Source: Hemiscyllium ocellatum (lineage: Eukaryota). From it: DNA of 64,000 nucleotides. The position numbers were made by a program, and so were the translations under genes. Positions 11,355 to 23,588 of the stretch are shown one piece after another. The notes beneath the pieces are model-generated. The model made no database searches. It was given only the letters and a program-made list of their open reading frames with translations, and was not told the DNA's origin. Location: positions 862,504 to 926,503 of the forward strand of contig NW_026867863.1 of assembly GCF_020745735.1 (NCBI RefSeq), given 5' to 3'. The stretch's first letter is position 1. The number at the start of each line of letters is the position of its first letter.

Positions 11355-13505
11355 AATAACGCCAATGTCTCTGTCAAAAATTGAAAACAATCCCAGCTCC
11401 AAACATTTACAACATATCACTATGGGTCTTGCATGAGTCCAAAAAGGATTGCCCCCTTCGAACAATGATTTCTAAACTTTGCTTGCGTATCTGTTGTGAA
11501 GGACGTTTTCCAATAACTTCTGAAGTGCAAATTTTTCACATCAATCGGATGAAAGTAACATTTCGTGTGTTACCCCTCACAAAAAAACAAGCACGTTTGT
11601 TGACACGAGTTGCTCTGAGGAAGTTTATGATTGATACTTTTATATAACAAAAACATTTCCAATGTTGTGAGGGCTCATCTATCATCTGTGCAATGGTCTG
11701 AATTTTAACTTTCGTCCAACTGCAGATGAAACTGACTGATCTGTGTAAAAGTACAGTCTGTGCCTTTACATTGTCAATATTTATTGCTGACTTTAGTTGA
11801 ATAAATGGATGCTGTCCCTAGCATCGTCTGCCACCATGAATTACACCAGTAATTTCCACATCGCTAGCTGGAATGACAGGTGGAGTTTATTGATATGTGA
11901 TATTTTTGAAACGAAAGCTTTAAAAATTTCCGGAATGAATCATGCCAATTAGATCCATTCAACTTTCCACTCATAGCTTTATAAACTTATATGAGGTCAC
12001 CCCTCGAACTCTCACCTCCAGTGAAAAATGTTCCAGTCTATCTGGATTTCCGACGTTGACTCTGTTCCCTCACATTCTGCTGCTAAAGATCCTCCCGCCA
12101 CCCCAGGTCCATAGAGTGTATTCGTTGTTACTAGTTCAAAGAAAAGAAAGGAAGTTGTCCCAACATATTGTTCAACTTTATTTGGCTTCGAATACCATAA
12201 AAAATAAATGTTCATGTTATTGCTGCTTGATGGGAGAATGCCATGTACACTGAATCTGCTGAAATACCTCCAGCACCATCCTGAATCTGGTTCGCAGATT
12301 CACCTGTTGCTTACAAATGAAAGTACATATCAAGGAACAGTGAATATCGTCCACCAGCTACATACGCCCCCAATCCTCCCCGACCTGTACTTTGCACTTT
12401 GGAAATCCGTATTGTAAATAATCAGTTAGAAGAAGTGTTTATTTAAATAAAACTTGCTTAATTCATGTTGCTGATCTTGGCTGAATAAACGTATGCTGCT
12501 GTCAGCATTTCTGGGGAAATTATCTGCATTTTTTTCATGTCGGTTTACATTGATGTTAAGTAACGAATCGTCAAAATGTCTTGAGAAACAACGTTTAGAA
12601 ATGGGCCCATATGCTCCCCAGGCATGCACCAACTGTTTGAATGTTGATACAATTTTGCCCCGACTTTTTCCCCAAAAAACATGATTTACAGCATTTGAAA
12701 TCATATCTATGTTGATATTGGATTAGACCCTAAGCAATGTTCACGAATCTTTATTTCAAGTGCTACCACCTGCAGGGTTACAGACAAAATGCTACAAAGT
12801 GAGTGTCGGCTGGAAGGGTCTGTTTTCAGGTGGCACAGGTGCGATGGGTGAAGTGATCCCTCTCTGTCATGAAAGCTTTCTACAACTCTAAATCTATCTT
12901 TCCTCCTTTGTCTAATTAAGAGGATGCAATTCACATGGTTTATACCGGAAACAATCCAAGCCTTCGTTTCAATTATATCACAAATCAATAAACACCACCT
13001 GATACTCTGGCTTGCGATGTGGATATTAATGGTCTAATTAATACTGACAGATGATGCCTGGGACAACATTCATTTATTCAACCAAAGGCAGCATTATAAA
13101 TTAATAATGTGAAAAGCACAAACTGTAATTTTACCCAGTTTCCCCTGCAGTCAGACACACAATTCAGACCATTGCACAAAAGGTAGATGAGCCCTCACAA
13201 CATTGGAAATGATTTTGTTTGATAAAAGAATCAATCTTAGACTTCCTTAGAGCAACTTGTTTCAAGAAAGTTGCTTGATTATTTTTATGTGTGGTAACAT
13301 ACGAACTGTTACTTTATTCTGACTGATGTGAACCATTTGCACTTCAGGTTATTTGAATATATTCACAGCATATACGTGAGCAAATTTTAGTAATCATTGA
13401 TTCAAAGGGGACTATTTTTCTTTGGACTCAAGCAAGATCCATAGTGATATTTTGTAATGTTTTGAGCTGTGATTGCTTTAAATGTTTGACTAAGATATTG
13501 GCGTA
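11355..13505. other. Unclassified ~2.1 kb element with ~590 bp inverted arms (11355-11945 / 12930-13505) around a ~1 kb core
   Basis: The reverse complement of 11860-11945 matches 12930-13030, and that of 11521-11720 matches 13140-13340. The termini acgccaatgtc.. and ..gatattggcgt are inverted. Confidence 0.75.
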
Positions 13506-13834
13506 AAGTACAAAACCTCACCATTTACTCTAACATGAAACTAGCAACCACTGTGAACCAGGAAGACGATGGTTCAGAATTTAACAAGGCCCTAGCAAGG
13601 TTCGTGTAATGGACAGACAAGTGATACATGACATTTACCAAAAGCATTTATGAAATGATTAATTTAGATCGGAAGAATGCAAGAACACAAATACACGGCT
13701 CTGGCTGCATTTCAATATACTATCAATTACTTTTCGACTACAAATTAAAATAATTGTGTCTTTGTTTATACTTAATACACCCTATCTTGTTCCGGGGCTA
13801 AGATAGTTTTTTTTAAAATTTATTTCACTCAAGA

Positions 13835-13840
<6 letters not shown>

Positions 13841-13864
<24 letters not shown>
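13841..13864. repeat. (AC)12 microsatellite
   Basis: Direct reading of the sequence. Confidence 0.95.
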
Positions 13865-13872
<8 letters not shown>

Positions 13873-14064
13873 GCTGCATTTTGCCTCTGTTTGGACCAAA
13901 CTTGGTTTGGTGTCAGCTTGTATCACTCGAGCTGCTTTTTCAGGAAGTGAATCTCTCCATCTGTTATGTCAAAATACACTGTTCCTGCTTTTATCGAAAT
14001 AAATCCTGACCATACCATTTAAATTCAGAACCAGTTATCTTGTATTTATTCAGTGGAAATGAAC

Positions 14065-15115
14065 AGAATATGAACAGCCTGTTATTGATCGGTGGGAGAG
14101 GGAGTTAAAGTGTTCAGAAAAGGGGCCGTGGGGTTGATTGGCGCAGGTGTCTCAGAGATGTTCTTTGAAATGATCCACAAGTTGACATCCTGTCTCCCTG
14201 ATGTAGATGACACCAAATCTGGTGGTACAGACTCAGACGGAGGTGAGGGGGAGGCGTAGGCGCAGGTTTTACACTTCCTTCGGTGGCAGGGGAAGATGAC
14301 GGGGTGGGGAGTGGGCTGGTGGCGGGCGTGGACCTGACGAGGGAGTCGTGGAGGGAATGCTGTCTGCAGAATGCAGATAGTGGTAGGGAGGGAAATATAC
14401 CCCAAGTAATGGGGTCTGCTTGCAGGTGGTGGAAGTGGTGGAGGATGATATGATATATGCAAGGTCATTGCGGTGAAGGTGACGACCAAGAGGGCTCCCT
14501 GCTGCGATTGGAGGGGGTGCGGGTTTCCAGGGCATTGTCGACCAGGTGGGAGGGGAAATTGTAGTCTTTGAAAAATGAGGTTATCTAGTACGTTCTATGG
14601 TGGAATTGGTCCTCCTGGGAGCAGATGCGGTGGAGGCAAGGGAATTGAGAAGAAGGGATTTTTTTTACAGAAGGTAGGGTGGGAGGAGATGTCGTCCAAG
14701 TAGCTGTGGGAGTCAGTGGGCTTGTAGTAAATGTTTAGTCGTTAATTCGTGATGGAGATGGAGTGGTCTAGGAATGGGAGGGAGTGTCCCAGATGGTCCC
14801 TGTGAAGTTGAGGTCAGGGTGGAATGTTTTAGTGAAGTTGATGCACTGTTCAAACTCCGAGATGAAATGGCGCTGATACAGTCATCAATGTAGCGGAGGT
14901 AAAGGTGGGCAATGGTACCGGTGTAGCTGTGGAAGATTGACTGTTTCACATATCCGACGAAGAGGCAGGCATAGCTTGGGCCCATCCGGGTGCCCATGTC
15001 TACTCCTTTAGGTTGGAGGTAATGAGAAGATTGGAAGTAAAAGTAGTTGACAGTTGAGCTGTTCAGCCAAGTGAATGAGAGTGTGAGAGGCAGGGTACTG
15101 CTTGCGTTAGTGTAA
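14065..15115 (-). mobile_element. Penelope-like retroelement fragment (RT and start of GIY-YIG region)
   Basis: ORF 14713-15345 contains QPKGVDMGTRMGPSYACLFVGYV..YLRYIDDCI. ORF 14082-14489 contains FPCHRRKCKTC. Same family as 60840-63030. Confidence 0.85.
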
Positions 15116-16379
15116 CAGGAAAAACTGGTGAGCTTCAAGGCCTGTGTCATGGTGTTTGCATGTGTACAAGGCCTTGTCATTCTGTTCATTCTGGGGCTTA
15201 TCAATAGCTCGCACTTTTTATGGAACTGCAAGGACAATGGCTGGTAACTCAGAAAAAACAATGTTTTAGACTTCCGCTTGAAGCAAATTTTGACCAGAAC
15301 GTTAAATACCACAAAGCTCACTGTGGGAAATGTCAGTGACTTCAAATTTTAAGAATATTTGAAACTCTGTTAAAACTAGGCATTTTCAATCATAGTTTCT
15401 GAAATAATCGAGAAAATACTTAGCCGTTAGAATTAGCCCTTTCAACTATGATTTGCAAAGTTTGAAGCTATACAGTGCTGTGCTTTATTTCAATTCAATG
15501 TCGGTCAGCGTTAGACAAGACGAGGTGATCTCTCCATATATGGATTCTGTTAATCGGACACACCGACATACCTGTCTCTACGAAATTGTTTGCTTAATTG
15601 ATGAAAATCTATTAATAGATCAAACAGAATGTATTCAGCTGGGGAGGTGATAGATACAGAAAACAGAATCTAAAACTGGGAACATTAAATCTGAAGTGAG
15701 AGTAACAAGAAGTTCCTCAAAGACAGGAATAGGTGCAGTCGATATGTTCCAGACGGTGGTGATTCGAATGGGTTTGTTACATAGTCGGGAGACTCGTCCA
15801 ATGACGTCCTGGTATCGGACCACAAAACAGCGATTGAAAGGTCGTTTCAATGCACATTTTACACTTTGTGCCCTGATATAGGCCACATTGGCAGATGTTT
15901 CCGCCAGATTGTGTCCCCTGAGTTTATTTTCTGATGATAAGTGAGATGTTTGCTAGCTGCTGGCACATACAAACAGGAAGTTGTGTGTCAGCTGAGAATG
16001 ATACACCAGGCGCTACATTCTGTATTATCAGCACAAACAGTCATCTTGCCTCTGTGGGTGAACACACAGACAGTATCAAGAACAAACGGCTGTTGGCCTC
16101 AAAATTACATTCAATTCGATTCCCTTTTTCCAGAATAAAAACGAAGCGTCAAAAGATTATTTAAGTCATAATAAATTACCTATCTGAGAGATACGAAGAG
16201 TTACCATTGGGCCAAAGGAGGTAAACGACAATATGTAGTTTCGCTCATAAATCTATGTTTAAAAGTAGAAAGCATGAGGGAAGTTAATAAATAAATCTAA
16301 GAGACAGCATTCATTAACAGTTGGAATTGCAAGTTGTAAACATTAAAATTCAGCATGTCTTTGGTGGAAGTGATATCAT

Positions 16380-16950
16380 ATCGGACATGGTTGATTCTGC
16401 TTTCCGAAGAGGTAATGAGATTTGTCAACGAGTGTCAAAAATGAATGAAATGCTTCTTGACTTCAATGAGGTTTTTGACAAGAGCTTGTATCTTCAGTAA
16501 AGTAAAGAGTTCATGGGATCTTTTGCAGTTTGGCAAATGCATCGAAGGTTTAGTTGGTGGCAGAAGGTCGAGGGTAATGGTCGACGGTAATCTTTATGAA
16601 GACATATCTTGTCCAGTGGCTTGTTATAAGACTTTGTGTTGGATTCTTTGCTGTTTGCAGTGTATATTAATGATCTCGTCAAGAATGTAGCAATTTTGAT
16701 GAGTAAGATCAAAGATAAGGTGAAAAACGTTTAGTTTTGCAATTGAGGAGGAGGAAATCCTTGGAATACAGTATGACATCGATGACTTGCCTTTCCGACA
16801 GAAGAATGAATTGAAAACGAAATATTATATCCTGAGGTCTGTGAAATAAAGCATTTTCGAGACTAACAATTTAAGCAAATATACGATGCACAGTTGGAAC
16901 CTACAAAACACAAAAGGTAAGCGATCTCTTGTTGTGCATAGCCACATCAT
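16380..16950 (+). mobile_element. Degenerate CR1 RT fragment
   Basis: cttgacttcaatgaggtttttgacaag (DFxxxFDK-like) and a GVPQG-like stretch near 16615-16640. Many disablements. Confidence 0.55.
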
Positions 16951-17229
16951 GTGGTGAGTTAGGTGTGGACGATAGTTTCCAGGTATTGTGGTTTGACTAT
17001 TAATTCAGGAAACTCGGGTCTCAGACCGCAGTGCTGCCACATCAGGTCGTGAATTATGGTTTTTAATTAAACAACTCATTCGAGGAATAGGTTCCACAGA
17101 TATTCCCATGCTCTGTGATAGATAGCATAACATATCAGTGCAAAAAGTAAGGCTGCAGCATTCACAACAATCTTTAGCATGAAGTGCCAATTGTATTATC
17201 CATCTTGGCATCTTCCAATGACCACCAAT

Positions 17230-18750
17230 ATTACAGATACCTGTCTTCAGGGAAATTGCTTCCCTCCATGTGATTTCAAGACATTGTTGGGACTCTCGTT
17301 ACTGCAAATGCTATGGAGCCTGACAAAATTATTACAATAATACTGTTGACTTCTGCTAGCCAAGCAGTCCCAGTACAGCTACTACACTGGAATCGACTCG
17401 ACAACATGGAAAATAGGTCAGGCATGTCCTGTGCACTGAAAATAGGACAAACCATCCTGACGAATTACTGCCCCATCAGTCCAAGCCCAATCTTGAGTTA
17501 GGTGTAGGAAGGTGCTATCAACGATGCTATCAAGCAACAATGGCCCAGCAATAATCTGCTCGGTGATGCTCAATGTGGATTAGAAAGGCCAACTCAGCTC
17601 TTGTCTGAATTACAGACTTGATGCAAACATGGAGAAAGAACTGAATTCCAGAAATGATGGGAGAGTGACAGCCTTTGATAATCAAGTCAAATTTGACAGA
17701 GTAAGGTATTATGGAGCCCTGGCAAAACTGGAATCAATGGATATTAAGTGACAAACTCCCCGCTGCCTGGACAGACATTGGACGATGGTTCTGGTTGCTG
17801 AAGGTCACTCAATTCAGCCGAAGCAAATCTCTGTCAGAGTTCTTCAAGAAAGTGTCCTCGGGCCATCCATCTTCAGCTAATTCATCAATGACATTTCCTC
17901 CATCAGATGGTTAGAAATGAAAAGTGCACTTTTTTTGACTCCTCGCACACGGAATTAGTCCACAGTCAAATGCCAGAAGATCTGTACAATATCCATACTT
18001 GTGCTGACAATTGGCAAGTAGCATTCACACCACAAAACTGCCAGACAATAATCAGCGACCATCAGAGACAATCTAACTAAAACCCCATGATATTGTTACC
18101 ATTATTGAATCTCTCACCATCAACATCCTGGGTTTTTTTGTTGATTAGAAATTGAATTGGAAACTTCATATAAATACATTGGTTGTAAGAGCAGGCCAGA
18201 GGCTAGGATTACTGCAGCGAGTAACTCACCCTCCTGACTCGCATAAAGAATTGACTGTAGAAAAGACAGAAGTCAGGACTGTAATAGCACAGCTCTACCT
18301 TTTATTGGATAGGAGCATGTTTAACTGCTGTCAAGAAGCTTGGCAATGTCCAGGACAAAGCATCCCACTTGATCAGCAGCATGTTCACAAGCGTCCATTG
18401 CCCCAGATCTGATGTTCAGTTCCTGCCATATGCATTATCTAAAAAACTACACTGCAGTCATTTGGCCACTTCCTTAGAGAGTAACTTCCTACTCCCAATT
18501 GCAACTCGAAAAACAAGAGCAGGAGATACATGGGAATAACAGAACTGTAAGCTCCTCTCTAAACCACTCTGCATCTTGACATGGAAATATATCATCTATC
18601 CTTTACTGTAGCTGGGTCAAAATCTGGCATTCACTTCCTCAGGGCACGTTGAACATGGTATTTCAGAAACGCAACTTAATGCTATCTTCTGAAGGATACC
18701 GACAAACGGCTAATAACAACCACCACATCCCATGAGTCAATAAAATAACT
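17230..18750 (+). mobile_element. Degenerate non-LTR (CR1/L2-like) RT fragment
   Basis: aattactgccccatcagt (NYCPIS), a KAFD-like stretch near 17675-17700, and gagttcttcaagaaagtgtcctcgggcca (GVPQGSVLGP-like). Confidence 0.6.
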
Positions 18751-19074
18751 ATTCGTCGCAAACATGATAGCTCGATTAAGTGTTTGAGGGGGCATTACGA
18801 GTACTTAATAAACAATCAAAAAGCTTGGAGTAAAGTTCCAGAATCAAGATTTCAACCTCTAGCATGGCAACTTTAATTAATGAAAGGATTTGAAATGAAA
18901 CTGCTGGTGTAATGAACGATAATCACAGACTTACCACAGTTTTGATGCACATTACATGTTCCAGTATTGTCCTTCAGAGGGGAACGTCTGCCCTGTCGAC
19001 TTGGCCTGGCCTACCAGTCCAACAATAAGATGACGGTTCCTTTCCTGTGCCAAATCTGACTCAGAAATCCATTA

Positions 19075-19250
19075 GCATAAAGTGAGGACTGCATATGTTG
19101 GAGCTCAAAGTCGAGAGTGCAATGCTGGAAAAGCACAGCAGATTAGGCAGCATTAGGTATCCTAATTAAGGGATTATGCCCGAAACATCAATTCTTCTGC
19201 TCGTCGGATTGTGCCTGATCTGCTGTACTTTTTAAGCACGACACTCTCGA
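19075..19250. mobile_element. PLE terminal fragments in fold-back arrangement with decayed hammerhead
   Basis: aaagtgaggactgcatatgttggag..ctggaaaagcacagcag followed by cctaattaagggattatgcccgaaacatcaattc..gcctgatctgctgtac. Confidence 0.55.
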
Positions 19251-21479
19251 ATAAGAAGTCAATCAGTTGTAATAAATCTTCTTCAGAAAGATCAACCATA
19301 ATTACCCAAGCAAGATGGTAGGCTTTCAAAAAAGTAGCTGATGACCACCTTCTTGAGATATGTGACTGACATTTTCATATTTCAAACAAGAAGTCAAAAA
19401 GTGGAATTTGTGGTGGAGTATGGAAATCTGAAAGAGAAGCAGAATACAAATGTGGGAATTATGTAGCAAGGGAGTCAGGCTGCTCAGACAGTCCGATAGA
19501 GATTTTAAGATAAATGATTGGATGAATGGTCTCCTGTGACGTTGCTGTAAACAGAAATATAACTCTTGCCAGTATTCCAGTCCAATATTGGTTCATTATA
19601 CAAAGTGTCCGTATTATTGCATTTCTGTTTGTGACCGCTTTCCGTGCATGCCTCCTGCATTTCCAAAATTAGGAACACAGTGGTGATATCACGAGACCAG
19701 TTTTCCCAAACTCAATTTTGATGCTGAATGGACAGGGTTTGGAATACCATCGTTTTCCCAGGGTGAAATTCGAATTCAAAGAAATCATGGAATCAGAAAA
19801 AAAGCCGAATGGTGGCAATGTTATCAAAGTCAATGGAAAAAATACAAAATCAGCTGGTTCACTAATGAATTAGGAAAGTCGTCTATCGCCTTTACCTGAT
19901 CTGGCCGACATGAGATTCCGGAGCAATCGGGAAGTAATTCATTGCGTTCTGAAGTGGCCTTCACAAGCTATACAATGGGCGTTCGGGGATAGGGACTCAT
20001 TGCTGACCTTGCCAGCAATGTCAACATTTTAGGAAAGAATATAAGAAAATATATGCGTGATGAAACCTAGCAACAACTATATCAATAATGCTTGATGATG
20101 TCTCGCAACAACTACATCAATTAAATGTAGTTGTTGCGGCAGTTCCTGATGTCACTTCAAATATTTTACATGAATATTCTAAAATGCACTTTGAGCTGTG
20201 TTGCACCTTTTGATATTTTCCTGTCTAAACGGACTACAATATAAATCAATGGGACATTCAGAGTAGTTGGACAGAGACGTTTAATTGCAGAACTTTCAGA
20301 ACGGAATTCTTAATCTAAATAAAAGTGTTAAATTGTGTTTAATTTCCTGAAATAAATAGCATCTCTTACAATTAATGTTCATTAATTTGTATTCCTTTCT
20401 GCAAACTGTCAACATTCTTAAATAAACTTGTTTCGAATTAAAACTTACCAGTAAATTATTTCGTTCATCTGGCTTTGCTGTCATCAACACTTCCATGAAA
20501 CCAATTAAGCATTTCTGTAACTTAACACAGAAATAGAACTCTCAGAATAGATTACAGAACAACAAAACCCCAATTTGTATTTCCCCACAAACACAAAGCA
20601 CGATTATTGGCAAAAAATGCAAATAACTGAATGCATTCCAATAGTAATTTATGTTGGACCGTTTTGATACATAGGATGTATGATTCTTAAATGACAGAGG
20701 TATCAATTGTCATGTTTAGTCAAAAAAAATTAAGAGATATATTGGCACAACCAATGTTTCAGTCTCTCTCTTTCTCTCTTCCCCTCCTGCCTTGCCCCCT
20801 TTTGTCTTTAAAGCTGATGTCTTGTTTTGCCTCTCCACAGTCAGTCAAGGTTTTCCTCAATAACATGAAGTCAACACCTCATCAACATATCCTCTCAGCC
20901 AAATTCATCCTTTTCTTCACAGTGATTTGAATCAGTAGGGCAAGATGTTCTCGAAAATCTGTCTGAGTATTGAGTGACCTGTAAATGGTTGAGGCTGCAA
21001 AACTTTACTGTGTTAGTGTTATCATTTTATCTCACCAGTATAATTCTTGGCTGAGGAATGTTTAATGGCTCAGCGTAATGCATATTTAGCCTATATTTAA
21101 CCTTTTCTGCATATCTCATGGAATGTTTAATATTCTACAAGGCGATTTATTCTGTATCGATTCTGTGTTGTGCCTGCTCTGGGAGGATTTTTTTCAGGGA
21201 ATCCTGGATGCAGTTCTACTATAAACCAAAATGTATTTGATATGATGCATTGGACAGTGCAATATGGAGGGAGATTTACCCAGCACATACATCGACTGTA
21301 CAATCATGGAAATCATTTGATGTAGCAGTGTAAAGGGGCTTGAACCCCTACTCTTGTCTTTCTGATTTTGTAATGTTGAGTAGCTTATAATGAACAGGCA
21401 CACTCATGCACACACACATATGCAAAATATCTTTGAACAACCGTTTCAGTGTTGAATGGATGAGTGCTGTGAGAGCTTT

Positions 21480-23295
21480 AATGGTTTGAATTTTGGGTCT
21501 GACTGCAGGTGAAACTGGGTAAAAGCACAGTTTGTGCTTTTCGATTTGTTAATTAATATTGCTGACTTTAGTTGAATAAAGGAATGTTGTCTTAGGCATC
21601 ATCTGGCACCATTAATTAGACCATTATTTTCCACATCGCGAGCTGGAGTGTCAGGTGGAATTTATAGACATGTGACATCATTAAAACGAAGGCTTGGAAT
21701 GTTTCCGGAATGAATCATTTGAATTAGAGCCTCTGAATTAGACAAAGTAGGCAAGATGAATTTAGAGTTGTAGAAATCTTTCACGACAATGAGAGACCGC
21801 TTCGCCCATCGCACCTGTGCCACCTGAAAACAGACCTTTCCAGCTGACACCCACTTTAAAGTATGTTGTCCACAAACCTGTTGGTGATAGCACTTCAAGT
21901 AAATATTTGGGAACATTGCGTAGGGTCTAATCCACTTTCATCATAGATATGATTTCCAATGTTGTAAATCCTGGCTTATGGGGAAAAAGAAGGGGTAGAT
22001 GTTTCTCAAGACGTTTTGAGTATTCTTGACTTAAAGGAGAAAAATGCAGACATTTTCCCCAGAAATGGTGATAGCAACGTACGTTTGTTTAGCCAAGATC
22101 AGCAACATGAATCAATGGAAATGACATGTGAAAAATGCAGACATGCTCTCCAGAAAAGCTGACAGAAACATACGTTTATCTTGCCAAGATCAGCAACATG
22201 AAGTAAATAAGTTTTAAAAACCACTTCCGATTAATTGATTATTAAAAATATGCAATTCACAAAGTGCAAAGTACAGGGGAGGTTGTGTGTGTCGGTGGGT
22301 TGTTGTGGGGATGGGCAATGTTCACTGTTCCCTGATGCCCACTTGCGTATGTGAGCAGCAGGTGAACCTGCAAATCAGGTTCAGGATGGTGCTGCATGTA
22401 TTTCAGCAAATACTGGCACATTGCATTCTCCAATAAATCAGCAATAACATGAATATTTATTTTTGAAGCCAAATAAAATTAAACAATATAGTGGGACAAC
22501 TTCCTTTCACTTCTTTGAACTCGTATCAAGGGACGCTGTCTGTGGACCTAGGGCGGCAGGAGGATCTTTAACAACGGAATGTGCGGGAACAGAATCAATG
22601 TTGGAAATCCAGATAGACTTGAACATTTTTCACTGGAGGTTGAGAGTTCGGGGTTGGGAGTGACTACATGTAAGTTTATAAAGCCATGAGTGGAATGGCG
22701 AATAGCTCTTCTTGACATGATTCATACCGGAAATTTTCAAAGCTTTCGTTTCAAAGCATCACATATCAATAAACTGTACATGACACCAGCGATGTGGAAA
22801 TTAATGGTGTATATGATGGTGCCAAACGATGCCTGGTACAACGTCCCTCCAATCAAATAAAGTCAGCAATAAATATTAACAATGTGAAAGACTCAAACCA
22901 TACTTCTACACAAATCAGTTTCATCTGCAGTCAGATCCACAACTTACAATTTAGACCATTGTACAGAAGATAGACGAGGCCTCACAATATTGGAAATGAT
23001 TTAGTTTGATAAATGAATCCATCGTACACTTCCTCAGAGCAACTCGTTTTAACAAATTTGCTTGATTTTTTTTGTGTGTGGGGTAATTCACGAAATGTTA
23101 CTTTAATCCGATGGATGTGAACAATTTGCACTTCAGAAGTTTAGGAAAACGTCCTTTACGACAGATACACAAGCAACTTTTAGAAACCATTGATTAAAGG
23201 TGAGATCTTTTTTGGGCACAAGGATGATCCAAATGATATTTTGTAAATGTTTGGAGCTGGGATTGTCTTCAAGTTTTGACTAAGATATTGGCATA
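21480..23295. other. Second copy of the inverted-arm element, left arm truncated
   Basis: 21480-21720 is the reverse of 12930-13190, and 22720-23295 is the reverse of 11355-11945. The core ORFs 22257 and 22463 are paralogous to 12208 and 12012. Confidence 0.75.
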
Positions 23296-23588
23296 TTACA
23301 TTACGTACAGTGTGGAAACAGGTCCTTCGGCCCAACAAGTCCACACCGACACACACCCACCCAGACCCATTCCCGTACACCTAACACGAAGGACAAGTTA
23401 GCGTGGCCAATTCACCTAACCTGCACATTTTTGGACTGTGGGAGGAAACTGGAGCACCCAGAGGAAACCCAAGCAGACACGGGGAGAATGTGCAAACTCC
23501 ACACAGTCAGTCACCTGAATCGGGAATTGAACCCGGGTCTCTGGCACTGTGAGTCAGCAGTGCTAACCACCGAGCCACCATGCCGCCC
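23296..23588 (-). mobile_element. HE1-type SINE, well preserved, private to the right arm
   Basis: cagtgtggaaacaggtccttcggcccaacaagtccacaccgac...gctaaccaccgagccaccatgccgccc. Absent at the paralogous point near 11355. Confidence 0.9.

Larger units (their letters stand above)
1680..13190 (-). repeat. Left arm of large inverted segmental duplication (pairs with ~21480-34330)
   Basis: Collinear reverse-complement matches by eye, for example 2311-2350 vs 33703-33741 and 3320-3395 vs 32640-32720. Paralogous ORF pairs in the track: 3957/31779, 12012/22463, 12208/22257, and the V and J copies. Confidence 0.9.

Noticed and set aside
12085-12102. KILPPP / atcctcccgccacc match to the start of Cmu3 (47896) as a displaced C-exon remnant
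   Set aside because: Only about 14 nt match. There are no flanking Ig Cys/Trp motifs, and the paralog at ~22560 diverges here.
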